From: an uncultured Planctomycetaceae bacterium
GTDB lineage: Bacteria; Planctomycetota; Planctomycetia; Pirellulales; PALSA-1355
Direction: 5' to 3'
Assembly: GCA_963785305.1 (NCBI GenBank)
Contig: CAWAUV010000008.1
Location: 1 to 64,000, forward strand
Length of the DNA stretch: 64,000 nt
Shown here: piece after piece, positions 23,370 through 37,766 of the stretch
How the letters are laid out: each line of letters opens with the position of its first letter
Numbering within the stretch: the first letter of the stretch is position 1
Notes under the pieces: generated by a model
Databases searched by the model: none
What the model was told of the DNA's origin: nothing
Seen by the model: only the letters and a program-made list of their open reading frames with translations
Translations under genes and position numbers: made by a program

Positions 23370-24317
23370 ATGTCCATGATTCCGCTGATCTACCACCCCG
23401 TTTACAACATCACCGCCTTCGGCATCGAGCGACTGCATCCCTTCGATAGCCGGAAATACGCTCGAATTCGCAACGCGCTGATCGGTCGTGGGCTCCGCCG
23501 CGCGAGTGACTTCGTTCGACCCAAGCCGGTGCGCTTCGACGAGCTCCTGCGATTTCATACACCCGAGTATTTGAAATCGCTGCGAAGTCCGCGGACAGTG
23601 GCCGCGATTTTGGAAATTCCGATCGTCGCGAGATTGCCGCGTTGGCTAATTGATTGGCGCATTCTCCGGCCGATGCGTTACGCGACCGGCGGCACCATGG
23701 TGGCTTGCCGCTTGGCGTTGGAGCATGGAATCGCGATCAATCTTGGCGGAGGATATCATCACGCCGCGAGCGACCGAGGTGGCGGATTTTGTGTCTATGC
23801 CGATATTCCCCTGGCGCTCGCCGCTCTCCACGCCGAGCAACGCATTCAACGCGCGCTCGTCATCGATCTCGATGCGCACCAAGGCAACGGCGCCGCGGCC
23901 ATCTTCCAGAAATGGGATTGGGCCGCGATCCTCGATCTTTTTCAGAGCGATATTTTCCCGACCCACAAGGAAACAGAAGATTTTCCGCTGCCGGTTCCCG
24001 CGGGCCTGACGGGCATCGAATATATGGACGTTGTTTGCGAGGCGGTTCCGCGGGCGCTCGACGCGGTTCGCCCCGATTTGGTGATTTACAACGCGGGCTC
24101 CGACCCATTCAAAGGCGATACGCTGGCAAATCTTCGACTGAGCCGCGATGAACTCGCGGACCGCGACCTTGACGTGGCGACTGAGGTCCGGGAACGAAGA
24201 ATTCCGTTGGCAATGGTGCTTTCTGGCGGCTACTCCGCGGAGTCTTGGCGAATTCACGCCGACGCCATCGAAGGTATTCTCACTCGGTTCGAGCGAGTGG
24301 GGGAAGATCGCAAGTAA
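23370..24317 (+). CDS. Histone deacetylase family protein (HDAC11/class IV-like)
   Basis: IYHPVYNITAFGIERLHPFD, NLGGGYHHA..GGGFCVYAD, DLDAHQGNG, YNAGSDP, LSGGY. Confidence 0.88.
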   Translation: MSMIPLIYHPVYNITAFGIERLHPFDSRKYARIRNALIGRGLRRASDFVRPKPVRFDELLRFHTPEYLKSLRSPRTVAAILEIPIVARLPRWLIDWRILRPMRYATGGTMVACRLALEHGIAINLGGGYHHAASDRGGGFCVYADIPLALAALHAEQRIQRALVIDLDAHQGNGAAAIFQKWDWAAILDLFQSDIFPTHKETEDFPLPVPAGLTGIEYMDVVCEAVPRALDAVRPDLVIYNAGSDPFKGDTLANLRLSRDELADRDLDVATEVRERRIPLAMVLSGGYSAESWRIHADAIEGILTRFERVGEDRK

Positions 24318-24398
24318 TCCGGGCACGAGGTGGCGAGACCGCTTGGGCTCGCCACGCGAAGTTTTGCCCTTCATCGATTTTTGGGTCCCTGGCGCCCC

Positions 24399-24488
24399 AC
24401 GCAAGCCTGAAGCGCGAGCGAAGGACTTCCCGAAATCGGCTCGAAACGATTTTTGGAGACTTCTCTCGCTTGCGCTTCGAGCTCGTGT
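24399..24488. repeat. REP doublet (CAAGCCTGAAGCGCGAGCGAAGGA family)
   Basis: Left arm ACGCAAGCCTGAAGCGCGAGCGAAGGA, imperfect inverted right arm TCTCTCGCTTGCGCTTCGAGCTCGTGT; the same motif is in each 198-bp unit. Confidence 0.65.
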
Positions 24489-24581
24489 TTGTTCTCGGCC
24501 GTTGGGATCGCCCCTCGGCGCTCTTGCTTTTTCCGGCGGCCGGCCGAATGCTATCTCGGCGCGGTCGAGCCTCGCGCATAA

Positions 24582-25591
<1,010 letters not shown>

Positions 25592-25643
25592 GAGCCGGTC
25601 CGTCGGATTCAAACGCCCAGCGAAGAAGATGCGAGGAACCAAG

Positions 25644-26039
25644 ATGGACATCCAGCGCGCCGGCTCTCAGCCCTCGCGTCCCGGGAGCGCCGAATATTTC
25701 ACCGGCGCCGTGCGCATCGATCCATTGTTCGCGGCGCCCGAGCCGGCGCGGGCTGTCGGCGCGAGTGTCTCGTTCGAGCCGGGCGCCCGAACCGCTTGGC
25801 ACACGCACCCGCTGGGTCAGACATTGATCGTGACCGCGGGCCAAGGGCGCGCCCAGCGCTGGGGCGGTCCGATCGAAGAGCTCCGGCTGGGAGACGTGGT
25901 ATGGTTTCCGCCGGGCGAAAAGCACTGGCACGGGGCTAGTCCCACGATGGCCATGACGCATATCGCCATTCAAGAGCATCGCGACGGCAAGCCGGTCGAC
26001 TGGCTGGAGCTCGTGTCCGACGAGCAATACAACGCCTAG
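25644..26039 (+). CDS. Cupin domain protein
   Basis: [32 protein letters not shown]. Confidence 0.9.
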   Translation: MDIQRAGSQPSRPGSAEYFTGAVRIDPLFAAPEPARAVGASVSFEPGARTAWHTHPLGQTLIVTAGQGRAQRWGGPIEELRLGDVVWFPPGEKHWHGASPTMAMTHIAIQEHRDGKPVDWLELVSDEQYNA

Positions 26040-26070
26040 CAACTCACTGAATATTTCAATAGGTTGCTAG
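26036..26070. repeat. 35-bp CTAG-bounded palindromic element
   Basis: CTAGCAACTCACTGAATATTTCAATAGGTTGCTAG; related copy at 63915-63950. Confidence 0.55.
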
Positions 26071-26160
26071 CGCCGCCCGCGAGCAGTGGGAGAATAATTC
26101 TTATGCTGCTCCGTTCGTTGGCGGCGGCGCGGGTTTTCCGACGCGGTTCGAATCTTGGAG

Positions 26161-27412
26161 TCAGGAGACCGGCTCGATCGTGATGTCGTGGCGAACCGGT
26201 TGGAGCAGGGCCCGCGCGTTTTCGTGAAGCTCGCGCTGGCGGGCGAAGAGCGCAGCGGCGCACTGTTTCCCAATCCGCCGGCGCGATCGCTTTGCCGGTT
26301 TCCAGCGAGCCCGCGCAAATGTGTTCGCAGGCGGCGACGAACCCAGGGTCGGACGAAAACTCGATCTTGGCCCAGCGCATGAACTCGGCGAGGTCCTTGC
26401 GAAGCAGTTCCTTGCGAACGTCGGGCTTTGTGCCCGCGAAGTGCTGGTCCCAGACCGCCGGGTTGAAGATCATGAACATGGCGCGTTCGAATACTTGCTT
26501 TCGCCAAACGGCGGCGTCGAGGGCGCGCATCGTGGGGCAAAACGGGTTTTCCGGAAATTCCGCGGCCAGATTCAACCCCGCTTCGAGTTGTTCGCGCGTG
26601 AATATCTGCTTGCGATCGCCCCAGGCGACGCGGATCGGCTGGTTCGGCAGCCCGCGAACTCGCAGCAGGTAGCGATTCAGATCTTGCTCAAACGGGCAAC
26701 TCGCCAGCACATAGCGACAAGGCACGCTTGGATAGCCGCCGCCCGCGGCGCTATCGTCGAAGAAACAGAGCGGCAGTCGGGTGCTTTCGATTTCGACGTG
26801 TCCCCGGGCGCCCACTTTGGCTTTTTGCCCGATGTCGGTGGCCACGGTTCCCGCCGCCCAGTCGAGGTCGATCGTGCCAATGTCGCCATCGAAACCCAGG
26901 GTACGGAGCAAGGCGTGGGCCATTGGAATATGCGCGGCCAAGTCCGGATGAATGCCGTCGTCGCATAGCATTGCCCGGCGCTCGGGCCAGCGCGAACTCG
27001 CGCGCGGCGGCCACGCGGCGCCATAGTCGCGCTTGGCCGCGCGCATCACATGGGCCATCGCCGCGTGAATATCGGCAAAGGGCATTTGCCGCGATTCGGC
27101 GGCCTCGCGCCCACATCTCGTAGGCGGCCTAAAACCCGATTGTACGCCACGGCGGCGACATTCTCCGCCGCGCTCGCCGGCCGCGCGGAGTCGCTCCCCG
27201 AGCGATTCGCGATCGCCGCGACCAGCTCTGGATTGGCATAGGAGAATTCATCGACCACGCCGGGCGAGCAGACGACGGTGATGGTTCCGTTAGCCCGATT
27301 CTTGTCGATGATTTCCAAGAGACTTCGGCGGTAACGCTCTTCATTGGCTTGGGAGGCCAGTGCATGGCCGCCGCCATCGTTCATGCCGAAGCAAATAGTG
27401 GCGATATTGGGC
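26161..27412 (-). pseudogene. SGNH/GDSL hydrolase lacking its N-terminus, also frameshifted
   Basis: Starts abruptly at PNIATICFGMNDGG (block III) with an in-frame stop just upstream and no GDS block I; DGIHP block V; ends QPVRHDITIEPVS*. Confidence 0.7.
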
Positions 27413-29288
27413 AGCGAAGGGCAAACGCTTTGCCGTCATCGCCGACGAAGCCCACAGTTCGCAGTCGGGCGAAGCCGCCGCCAAGCTCAAAGCCGTGCTA
27501 TCGGCGGAGGAACTGCAAGAACTGAACGACGGCGGCGAGGTCAGTTCCGAAGACATCCTGGCGGCCCAGATGGTGGCGCGGGCTAATGACGCCGGCATCA
27601 GTTTCGTGGCCTTCACCGCGACGCCCAAGACCAAGACGATGGAGTTGTTCGGTCGGCGCCCCGACGCCAGCCAGCCGGCGAGCAAAGAGAATCGCCCCGC
27701 GCCGTTCCACGTGTATTCCATGCGGCAGGCCATCGAGGAGAAGTTCATCCTCGACGTTCTCCAAAACTACACGACCTATAAGCTGGCGTTCAAGCTGGCT
27801 AACAACGGCAAGGAATTCGACGACAAGGAAGTCGAACGCAGCGCGGCCCTGAAGGGCATCATGGGGTGGGTGCGTCTGCACCCTTATAACATCTCACAAA
27901 AGGTCCAGGTGGTAATCGAGCACTTCCGCGAGCTTGTCGCGCGCCTGTTGAACGGTCAGGCCAAAGCGATGGTCGTGGTCGCGAGCCGACAGGAAGCGGT
28001 GCGCTGGCAGTTGGCGATCGACAAATATATCAAGGCCCGCGGCTACTCGATGCGAACACTGGTGGCATTTTCGGGCGAGGTCAAGGATGCCGAGTCCGGC
28101 CCCGAGCCGTTCACGGAAACCAGTCATTCGATGAATCCGAACCTGCGCGGGCGTGACATCCGCGAGGCGTTCAGCAGCGACGAATATCAGGTTCTGCTGG
28201 TGGCGAACAAGTTTCAGACCGGCTTCGATCAGCCGCTGCTGTGCGGCATGTACGTTGACAAGCGATTGGCGGGCATCCAGGCGGTTCAGACCCTATCGCG
28301 ACTCAATCGCGCTTATCCCGGCAAGGATTCTACGTATGTGCTGGACTTCGTGAACAACGCCGACGAAGTTTTGGCTGCGTTCAAGACGTATTACGAGACG
28401 GCGGAGCTGGCGGACGTCACCGACCGGAACCTCGTGCTGAATTTGCGAACCAAGCTGGACGCGGCGGGCCATTACGACGACTTTGAGGTCGAGCGAGTCG
28501 TCGCCGTGGAATTGAAGCCAAACGCCAAGCAAAGCGAACTGGTTAGCGCGTGGGAACCGATCGTGGATCGCCTGATGAAGCGACATAAAGCGGCGCGTGA
28601 GGCGATGAAGCTGGCGATCGAGCAGAAGAACGAGGCGGGCGCCGAGACGGCGAAGGATGAGCTAGACGCATTGCTGTTGTTCAAATCCGACATGGCAGCA
28701 TTCCAGCGCCTTTACACGTTCCTGTCGCAAATCTTCGACTACGGCGCCACGGCGATCGAAAAGAGGGCAATCTTCGACAAGCGGCTCCTTCCCTTGCTGG
28801 AATTCGGCCGGGAGCGCGAGGGGATCGATCTGTCGAAGGTGGTGCTGACTCACCACAATCTCAAGAGCCAAGGCAAGCGCTCGATGCCGTTGGGCGACGG
28901 GGAGAACCCGAAGTTGGAGCCGATCACCGAAATCGGCGGCGGAATGATTCAGGAGAAGCAAAAAGCGCTACTGAATGAAATCATCAAAAAGGTGAACGAC
29001 CTTTTCGAGGGTGAGCTGACCGATCAGGACAAGCTCGTTTATGTCAACAACGTGATCAAGGGAAAGCTGCTGGAGTCGGAAACGCTGAGGCAGCAGGCGG
29101 CCAATAACACGAAAGAACAGTTTGCGAATTCGCCGGACCTGAAGACCGAGCTCATGAACGCGATCATCGGTGCGTTGGAGGCCCATACCGCGATGAGCAC
29201 GCAGGCGCTGGATTCAGAAGCGGTTCGAAGAGGACTCAAGGAAGTGCTGCTCGGCCCTGCGCAACTTTACGAGAGCCTGCGGCAGTAG
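27411..29288 (+). pseudogene. hsdR: Type I restriction enzyme R subunit, C-terminal portion only
   Basis: GKRFAVIADEAHSSQ, FTATPK, YSMRQAIEEKFILDVL, VANKFQTGFDQP, QAVQTLSRLNR; in-frame TAG at 27396; no nuclease domain, Walker A, hsdM or hsdS. Confidence 0.85.
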
Positions 29289-29477
29289 GTATACGGTAAT
29301 CTTAAATCGTACCCGATCATCGGCCGGCGCTCGGCGCCGTCGACCACCGGCGGTGGAGCGTGGTAGAATCGATTTCGACCAGCCGGCGTCGATCGCTCCC
29401 GCGCGGAAAGCGGGCGAATCGCCGTCGACGCCACAATCCATTGCCCGCCGCGGGCGCCGCCGGCGCGATCGTGATTT

Positions 29478-30563
29478 ATGAATCTGCTCGACTACCCTCG
29501 CCCTTGCTTGGCGCAATGGACCGCCGAGCGCGGCGGTCGGCCGGTGCATGCGGCGCGGCTCTGGAAATATATCTATCGCGATGGCGTTTACGATCCGTGC
29601 GAGATGCGCGATTTGCCCGCGGGGCTGCGACTGCGCCTTTCAGACGCGAGCCCCATTCCGCTGCCCCGTGTCGCAACCGAGGCGTCATCGTCGGACTTGC
29701 ACACGCGGAAGTACCTCCTTGAATTCGGCGATGGCGGCCAAGTAGAGACGGTGCTCATGCGGTTTGTCGGCCGGGCGACCGCTTGCCTCAGCACGCAGGT
29801 CGGTTGCGCGCTTGGTTGCCGGTTTTGCGCGACCGGTCAGTTGGGCTTCGCTCGCGATCTCTCGGCCGGCGAGATCGTTGCCCAGGCGTTGCACACGCGC
29901 AACGCGCTACGCTTGTCGCATGATCGGGCGGAGCAACCCCGCGACGCTCGCGCTCCGGTTCCGGCGAATGGAGCGCTCCGCAACGTGGTGCTCATGGGCA
30001 TGGGCGAGCCGCTCCTGAACTACGACGCGGTGATGGACGCCTGCGATATTCTCCAAGACTCCGCCGGGCTCGCGATCGGCGCCAAGCAACTTACACTGAG
30101 CACCGTGGGCGTCGTGCCCGGCATCGTGCGTCTGGCCGATGAAGGACGCCGCTGCTCGCTCGCGGTATCGCTGCACGCGGCGACTCAAGAACAGCGGGCC
30201 GCCATGCTTCCGGCAGCGCGGGCCTGGCCGCTCGATTCGCTCCTGGAAGCGTGTCGTTATTACACGGCAAAGCTCGGGCGCCGCATTTTTTTCGAGTGGA
30301 CGCTCATCGAAGGCCGGAACGATTCGGTGGAGAACGCGCGCGAGTTGGCTCGACTCGTTCGCGGCATCGATTCGCAAATCAATCTCATTCCGCTCAATCC
30401 AACGCTCGGTTATGCCGGCGCGCCGAGCGAGCGGTGGCGGGTCGATCGGTTTCGCGGCGCGCTCGCCGCGGAGGGCGCGCGGGTGAGCGTGCGCCAGCGA
30501 CGGGGCATCGACATCGCCGCCGGATGCGGGCAGCTTGCCGGCCAACCGGCGCCCTTGGATTAA
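29478..30563 (+). CDS. rlmN: RlmN-family radical SAM RNA methyltransferase
   Basis: CLSTQVGCALGCRFCATG, MGMGEPLLN, SLHA, NLIPLNP, GIDIAAGCGQL. Confidence 0.85.
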   Translation: MNLLDYPRPCLAQWTAERGGRPVHAARLWKYIYRDGVYDPCEMRDLPAGLRLRLSDASPIPLPRVATEASSSDLHTRKYLLEFGDGGQVETVLMRFVGRATACLSTQVGCALGCRFCATGQLGFARDLSAGEIVAQALHTRNALRLSHDRAEQPRDARAPVPANGALRNVVLMGMGEPLLNYDAVMDACDILQDSAGLAIGAKQLTLSTVGVVPGIVRLADEGRRCSLAVSLHAATQEQRAAMLPAARAWPLDSLLEACRYYTAKLGRRIFFEWTLIEGRNDSVENARELARLVRGIDSQINLIPLNPTLGYAGAPSERWRVDRFRGALAAEGARVSVRQRRGIDIAAGCGQLAGQPAPLD

Positions 30564-30568
30564 GCACG

Positions 30569-30655
30569 GACTAAAAATAACTTCCTGATTTGTTCGCCCC
30601 TCACCCTACCCTCTCCCGAAGGGAGAGGGGGTTTGCGGAGAAGTTATTTTTAGTC
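30569..30655. mobile_element. 87-bp MITE-like element with perfect 16-bp terminal inverted repeats and internal CCCTCACC REP
   Basis: GACTAAAAATAACTTC...GAAGTTATTTTTAGTC around CCCTCACCCTACCCTCTCCCGAAGGGAGAGGGG; lies between convergent genes. Confidence 0.6.
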
Positions 30656-30663
30656 GGTTCCTT

Positions 30664-33490
<2,827 letters not shown>

Positions 33491-33524
33491 CGAGTTCCTT
33501 TCGCCGCGGACGAAACCGGGCGAG

Positions 33525-33576
33525 CCCTCACCCTCCCCTCTCCCGTACGGGGAGAGGGCGTCGTCGGATAGGCTCT
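33525..33576 (+). repeat. CCCTCACC REP-like element
   Basis: CCCTCACCCTCCCCTCTCCCGTACGGGGAGAGGGCGTCGTCGGATAGGCTCT. Confidence 0.7.
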
Positions 33577-33720
33577 TGAGAATTTGGCGTTACGGGCCCT
33601 TCATCATTCTGTGCCGGAGCCCGACTAAAGTCGAGCGCCCCTCGGCAGGTTCCACATCGTGGCGGGAGGTTCGACGCGGGAATAACACGCTCGCGGGGCG
33701 CCGCGAGGAGCGCCGGACAT

Positions 33721-33749
33721 TTGACAAGGCCCCCGGCGATAGATAACTT
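33721..33749 (+). promoter_or_regulatory. Putative sigma70 promoter of pil cluster
   Basis: TTGACA, 17-nt spacer, TAACTT. Confidence 0.5.
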
Positions 33750-34006
33750 GAACATACAAGGGGTTACGTCTTTTCGGATGCGATACGGCATTCTGCTTGC
33801 CAGTCAAGTTGTAGTGAAACCGGTCTCGCGCGGGCACGGGTGTCGGCAGTTCGTTTTTCGGCGCGCACCGCCTCCCGGCATTTTTCCCAAGCCCCCGGCG
33901 CTGCCAGTCTTTTCTCGTCTTGCCCGCACAAAATCGCGACTTTCGAGCGGGCGTAGCCCGTGCTGGGCCTTTTTCGTTTTTCCTTAGTCCCGGAATCCTG
34001 AACGTC

Positions 34007-35715
34007 ATGGTTCGTAAACGCGACTTCTTCGACATTCTCATTAGCCAAGGCATTCTTCAGCGCCGAGCAGGTCAAAGAGGCCCAGCGCGTCGCAAAAAAC
34101 TCGAACAAGACCCTCCACGACACCATCGTCCAACTCGGCTACGCCGCGGGCGACGAGGTGATGCGCACCCTGGCCGAGGAACACGGCCTCGACTTCGTGA
34201 ATCTCAAGGAAGTCGTGATTCCGCCATCGGTCGTGGAATTGGTGCCCGAGTCCGTGGCCCGCGAAAACGCCATTTTGCCCATGTCGGAGTCCGATGGCGT
34301 GCTGAAGGTGATCGTGAGCGATCCGGGCGATCTCGACACGTTCGACAAGCTGCGGTTCATTCTCAACTGCACGGTCGAGATCGCGCTTGCCCCGCGCAAC
34401 AGCATCGTCGAGGCGATCAACAAATACTATGGCCAGATGGACGATCAGAGCGCCGACTCGATGCTCCAGGAATTCACCGACACGGCGATCGATTTCACCG
34501 AAACCGAGCAAGAATCGAGCGGCGCCGATGAAGTGGTCGATGAGACCAGCGCCGATCGTGCGACTCGTGCAACTCGTGATTAGCGAGGCCGTGCAATTGC
34601 GGGCCTCCAACATCCATGTCGAGCCGTTCGAGGACCGGGTGCGGATTCGCTACCGGATCGACGGTGTGCTGGTCGAGCGAGATAAAGTGCCCCGCCGCAT
34701 GTTGGGCGCCCTGCTCTCGCGCATCAAAATCTTGGCGAAGATGGACATCGCGGAACGCCGCCGCCCTCAAGACGGGCGCATCAAAGTCACGGTGGGTGAC
34801 AAAGAGCTCGATCTGAGAGTTAGCGTTTTGCCAACAAACCACGGTCAGTCCTGTGTGATGCGACTGCTGGACAAAGACAATATCAAGGTGGGCGTGCGTC
34901 AGCTTGGTCTCTCGGACGAAGACTTCCGGCAATTCAAAGGTCTGATTCGGCGGCCCAACGGCATCATCCTCGTGACCGGTCCGACCGGTTCCGGCAAGAC
35001 CACGACTCTCTATGCCGCGCTCAACGAGCTGAATCGCCCGGACCGCAAGATCATCACGGCCGAGGACCCGGTCGAATATTACCTGCCGGGCATCAATCAG
35101 GTGGAGGTAAAGCACAGTATCGGGCTCGACTTTGCGAGGATCATTCGCTCGATGCTGCGGCAGGCGCCCAATGTGATCTTGGTGGGCGAGATGCGCGATG
35201 CCGAGACGGCTCAGATGGGAATCCAGGCTTCTTTGACTGGACACTTAGTATTCAGTACACTGCATACGAACGATGCGCCCGGCGCCATTACACGCATGGT
35301 CGACATGGGTGTTCCCGCTTATCTGGTCGCCAGCAGTGTGATGGCAGTGCTCGCCCAGCGGTTGGTGCGCGTGAATTGCGTGAAATGTAAACAACCTTAT
35401 ACCCCGAGTGAGGCGGCGCTCGAAGCGGCCGGCATCACACACGAAATGGCGGCCAAAGCCACGTTCATGAAGGGCAGGGGCTGCAACAATTGCAGTCGGA
35501 AAGGCTTTCGCGGACGCCTCGGCATCTTCGAGCTGATGATGATGACGAGCCGAATCCGCGAGCTTTCCTTCCAGGGAGCGCCCACGCAGGAGCTGCGGCG
35601 CGCGGCCATAGCTCAAGGAATGTCAACACTTTACGACGACGGAATCAAAAAAGTCCTTCGCGGAATCACCACGCCCGAAGAAGTGATGCGCGTGGCGAAG
35701 AAAGTCGAGCACTAA
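34007..35715 (+). CDS. pilB: Type IV pilus/T2SS assembly ATPase PilB/GspE (copy 1), frameshifts near 34055 and 34548
   Basis: ASNIHVEP, RYRIDG, DIAERRRPQDG, GPTGSGKTTT, EDPVEY, LRQAPNVILVGEMRD, TGHLVFSTLH, tetra-Cys motif. Confidence 0.9.
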
Positions 35716-36126
35716 GGCAGCCTAGACTCGCGAGGTCGATGGCGTTTCGCGACGAATCGCGTCGCATCGCAGTTTAGCCTCGGCTTAGAAACACGAACGG
35801 CGATCGTTGCCCGCCCTGCCGCAAGAAGCCGGCGACCAATGGCGGGCGGCTCTCGATCGCCTTGGAGCGGGGTGATAGTGCGAAGCTGCTCAAACTCGGA
35901 TGAATCGCCGGCCGCTTGGAGACCTCACCCATGGCGGTCGAGGGCGAATTCGAATTTGTGAGAATATTGGCAGTGCGATTTTGCTCGCTCGGCAATGTTG
36001 CGAATAATCAACAGCGCTCATCCGCCAGACGCGAATCGCCGCGAGCGGGTTCGTGATGGGCGCACGGAACAGCTCATCGAAGGGCCCCGCTTCCAAGGGG
36101 CAAGTGTTCGCGGCGAAAACGCGTGG

Positions 36127-36183
36127 CGACAAAACCAAACGACAAAACCAAACGACAAAACCAAGCGACAAAACCAAGCGACA
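36127..36183 (+). repeat. 13-bp tandem repeat, ~4.4 copies
   Basis: (CGACAAAACCAAR)x4 + CGACA. Confidence 0.85.
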
Positions 36184-36437
36184 GGGCAAATCTCCGGGCC
36201 AAGGGGCCGCTGGGCCAAGAGGCTAGGCGGCTCGATCGGAGCGCTCGTCGCGGGGCAATTGCCGCCGGTCGCTGTCGCGCGGCGCGAAGTCATCGCGGCG
36301 CGCTCGGTAGTTGAGTGGCCGGTCCGTTTGCCAATGCCAATTGCCAGTGCCAACGGCGCGCCGCTCCAACGAGCAAAAACAAATCACTCCGCGATAACCC
36401 GACCGAGACGATACTCCGACCTACACGACAGGCGCCG

Positions 36438-37601
36438 ATGGCCACTACTTCGACCACCAATTCGACCGACGTAATTCTGATCGACAAGCTGCTGCACGCC
36501 GTGGTGAAGCAGGGCGCTAGCGACTTGCATCTGACCGTCGGCCAGCCACCGGTGATTCGTCACGATGGTCACATGAAAAAACTCCAGACCAAGTCGCTGG
36601 AGAATGCCGATATGGTCGGCCTGATGAAAAGCATCACGCCCGATCGCTGCCAACAGGAACTGCAATCGGTCGGCGGCACCGACTTCGGATTTGCGTTTGG
36701 CGATTTGGCTCGATTTCGAGTGTCGGTGTTCAAGCAGCGCGGCAATATCGCCATGGTGCTGCGGCAGATTCCGAACAAGCTGCTGAATATGAAGCAGTTG
36801 GGCCTGCCGCCGGTGTGCGAAAAACTCATCATGCGTCCGCGTGGACTATTTCTCGTGACGGGTCCGACCGGCTCGGGCAAGAGCACGTCGCTGGCCAGCA
36901 TGATCAACTACATCAACGAGACCGTCGATCATCACATCATCACGATCGAAGACCCGATCGAGTTTTACCATCCGAACAAGAAGTCGACGGTGAACCAGCG
37001 CGAGGTGGGCGTCGATGTGCCGAGCTTTTCCGAAGCGCTGCGGCGAGCCTTGCGGCAAGACCCCGACGTGATCCTGGTGGGCGAGCTGCGCGACCTGGAA
37101 ACGATCGAAGCCGCGATTTCCGCCGCCGAGACCGGCCACGTGGTGTTCGGCACCCTGCACACAACCGGCGCCACCGGCACCGTGAACCGCATTATCGACG
37201 TGTTTCCGACCAGCCAGCAAGAACAGATTCGCACCCAACTTTCGACCTCGATCATCGGAGTGCTTTCGCAAACCCTGCTGCCCAAGATCGGCGGCGGTCG
37301 CTGCGCGGCTTACGAGATGTTGGTGGTCACGCCGGCGATCGGCAACCTGATTCGCGAAAACAAGACATTCCGCATCACGTCGGCGATTCAAACCGGCGCC
37401 AAGCTGGGCATGAACCTGCTCGACGACGCGCTCTTCAACCTCTGGCGCGATGGCAAGGTGCTCAAGGAAGACGTGCTCGTCAAGGCGGCCACGCCCGACG
37501 AACTCCTCAAGCGCATCGCCAACGCCGAGCGCGGCATGTTCGACGATGAGGACGACGACGACGGAAAGGATAAAGGCAAGGACGATCGCAAAGGGCATTA
37601 A
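36438..37601 (+). CDS. pilT: Type IV pilus retraction ATPase
   Basis: ASDLHL, GPTGSGKSTSLA, TIEDPIEF, ALRQDPDVILVGELRD, AETGH, AIGNLIRE. Confidence 0.95.
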   Translation: MATTSTTNSTDVILIDKLLHAVVKQGASDLHLTVGQPPVIRHDGHMKKLQTKSLENADMVGLMKSITPDRCQQELQSVGGTDFGFAFGDLARFRVSVFKQRGNIAMVLRQIPNKLLNMKQLGLPPVCEKLIMRPRGLFLVTGPTGSGKSTSLASMINYINETVDHHIITIEDPIEFYHPNKKSTVNQREVGVDVPSFSEALRRALRQDPDVILVGELRDLETIEAAISAAETGHVVFGTLHTTGATGTVNRIIDVFPTSQQEQIRTQLSTSIIGVLSQTLLPKIGGGRCAAYEMLVVTPAIGNLIRENKTFRITSAIQTGAKLGMNLLDDALFNLWRDGKVLKEDVLVKAATPDELLKRIANAERGMFDDEDDDDGKDKGKDDRKGH

Positions 37602-37620
37602 CTGCCTACCCGGCGACTCG

Positions 37621-37700
37621 CCCTCTCCCCTTTTGGAAGAGGGTAGGGCGGAGGCTCAACGAAATTCTCTCGACATGGCCTCTCCCAAGAGCGGGAGAGC
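37621..37700. repeat. Degenerate CCCTCTCCC..GAGGG REP-like hairpins
   Basis: CCCTCTCCCCTTTTGGAAGAGGG and CCTCTCCCAAGAGCGGGAGAG after the pilT stop. Confidence 0.45.
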
Positions 37701-37766
37701 AACGAATACGAAAACGGCTCGATTGTTCGGCGCATTTCTCGCTTCACTTCCTTGGGATCGCTACTC

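Noticed and set aside
27411..29288. Functional type I R-M system
   Set aside because: HsdR lacks its N-terminal part, and hsdM/hsdS are absent from the window.
29478..30563. Cfr resistance methyltransferase
   Set aside because: MGMGEP and overall motifs fit RlmN; nothing Cfr-specific seen, though phylogeny would be needed to be sure.
35774..35995. 73-aa minus-strand ORF between pilB and pilT
   Set aside because: No recognisable motif or RBS.
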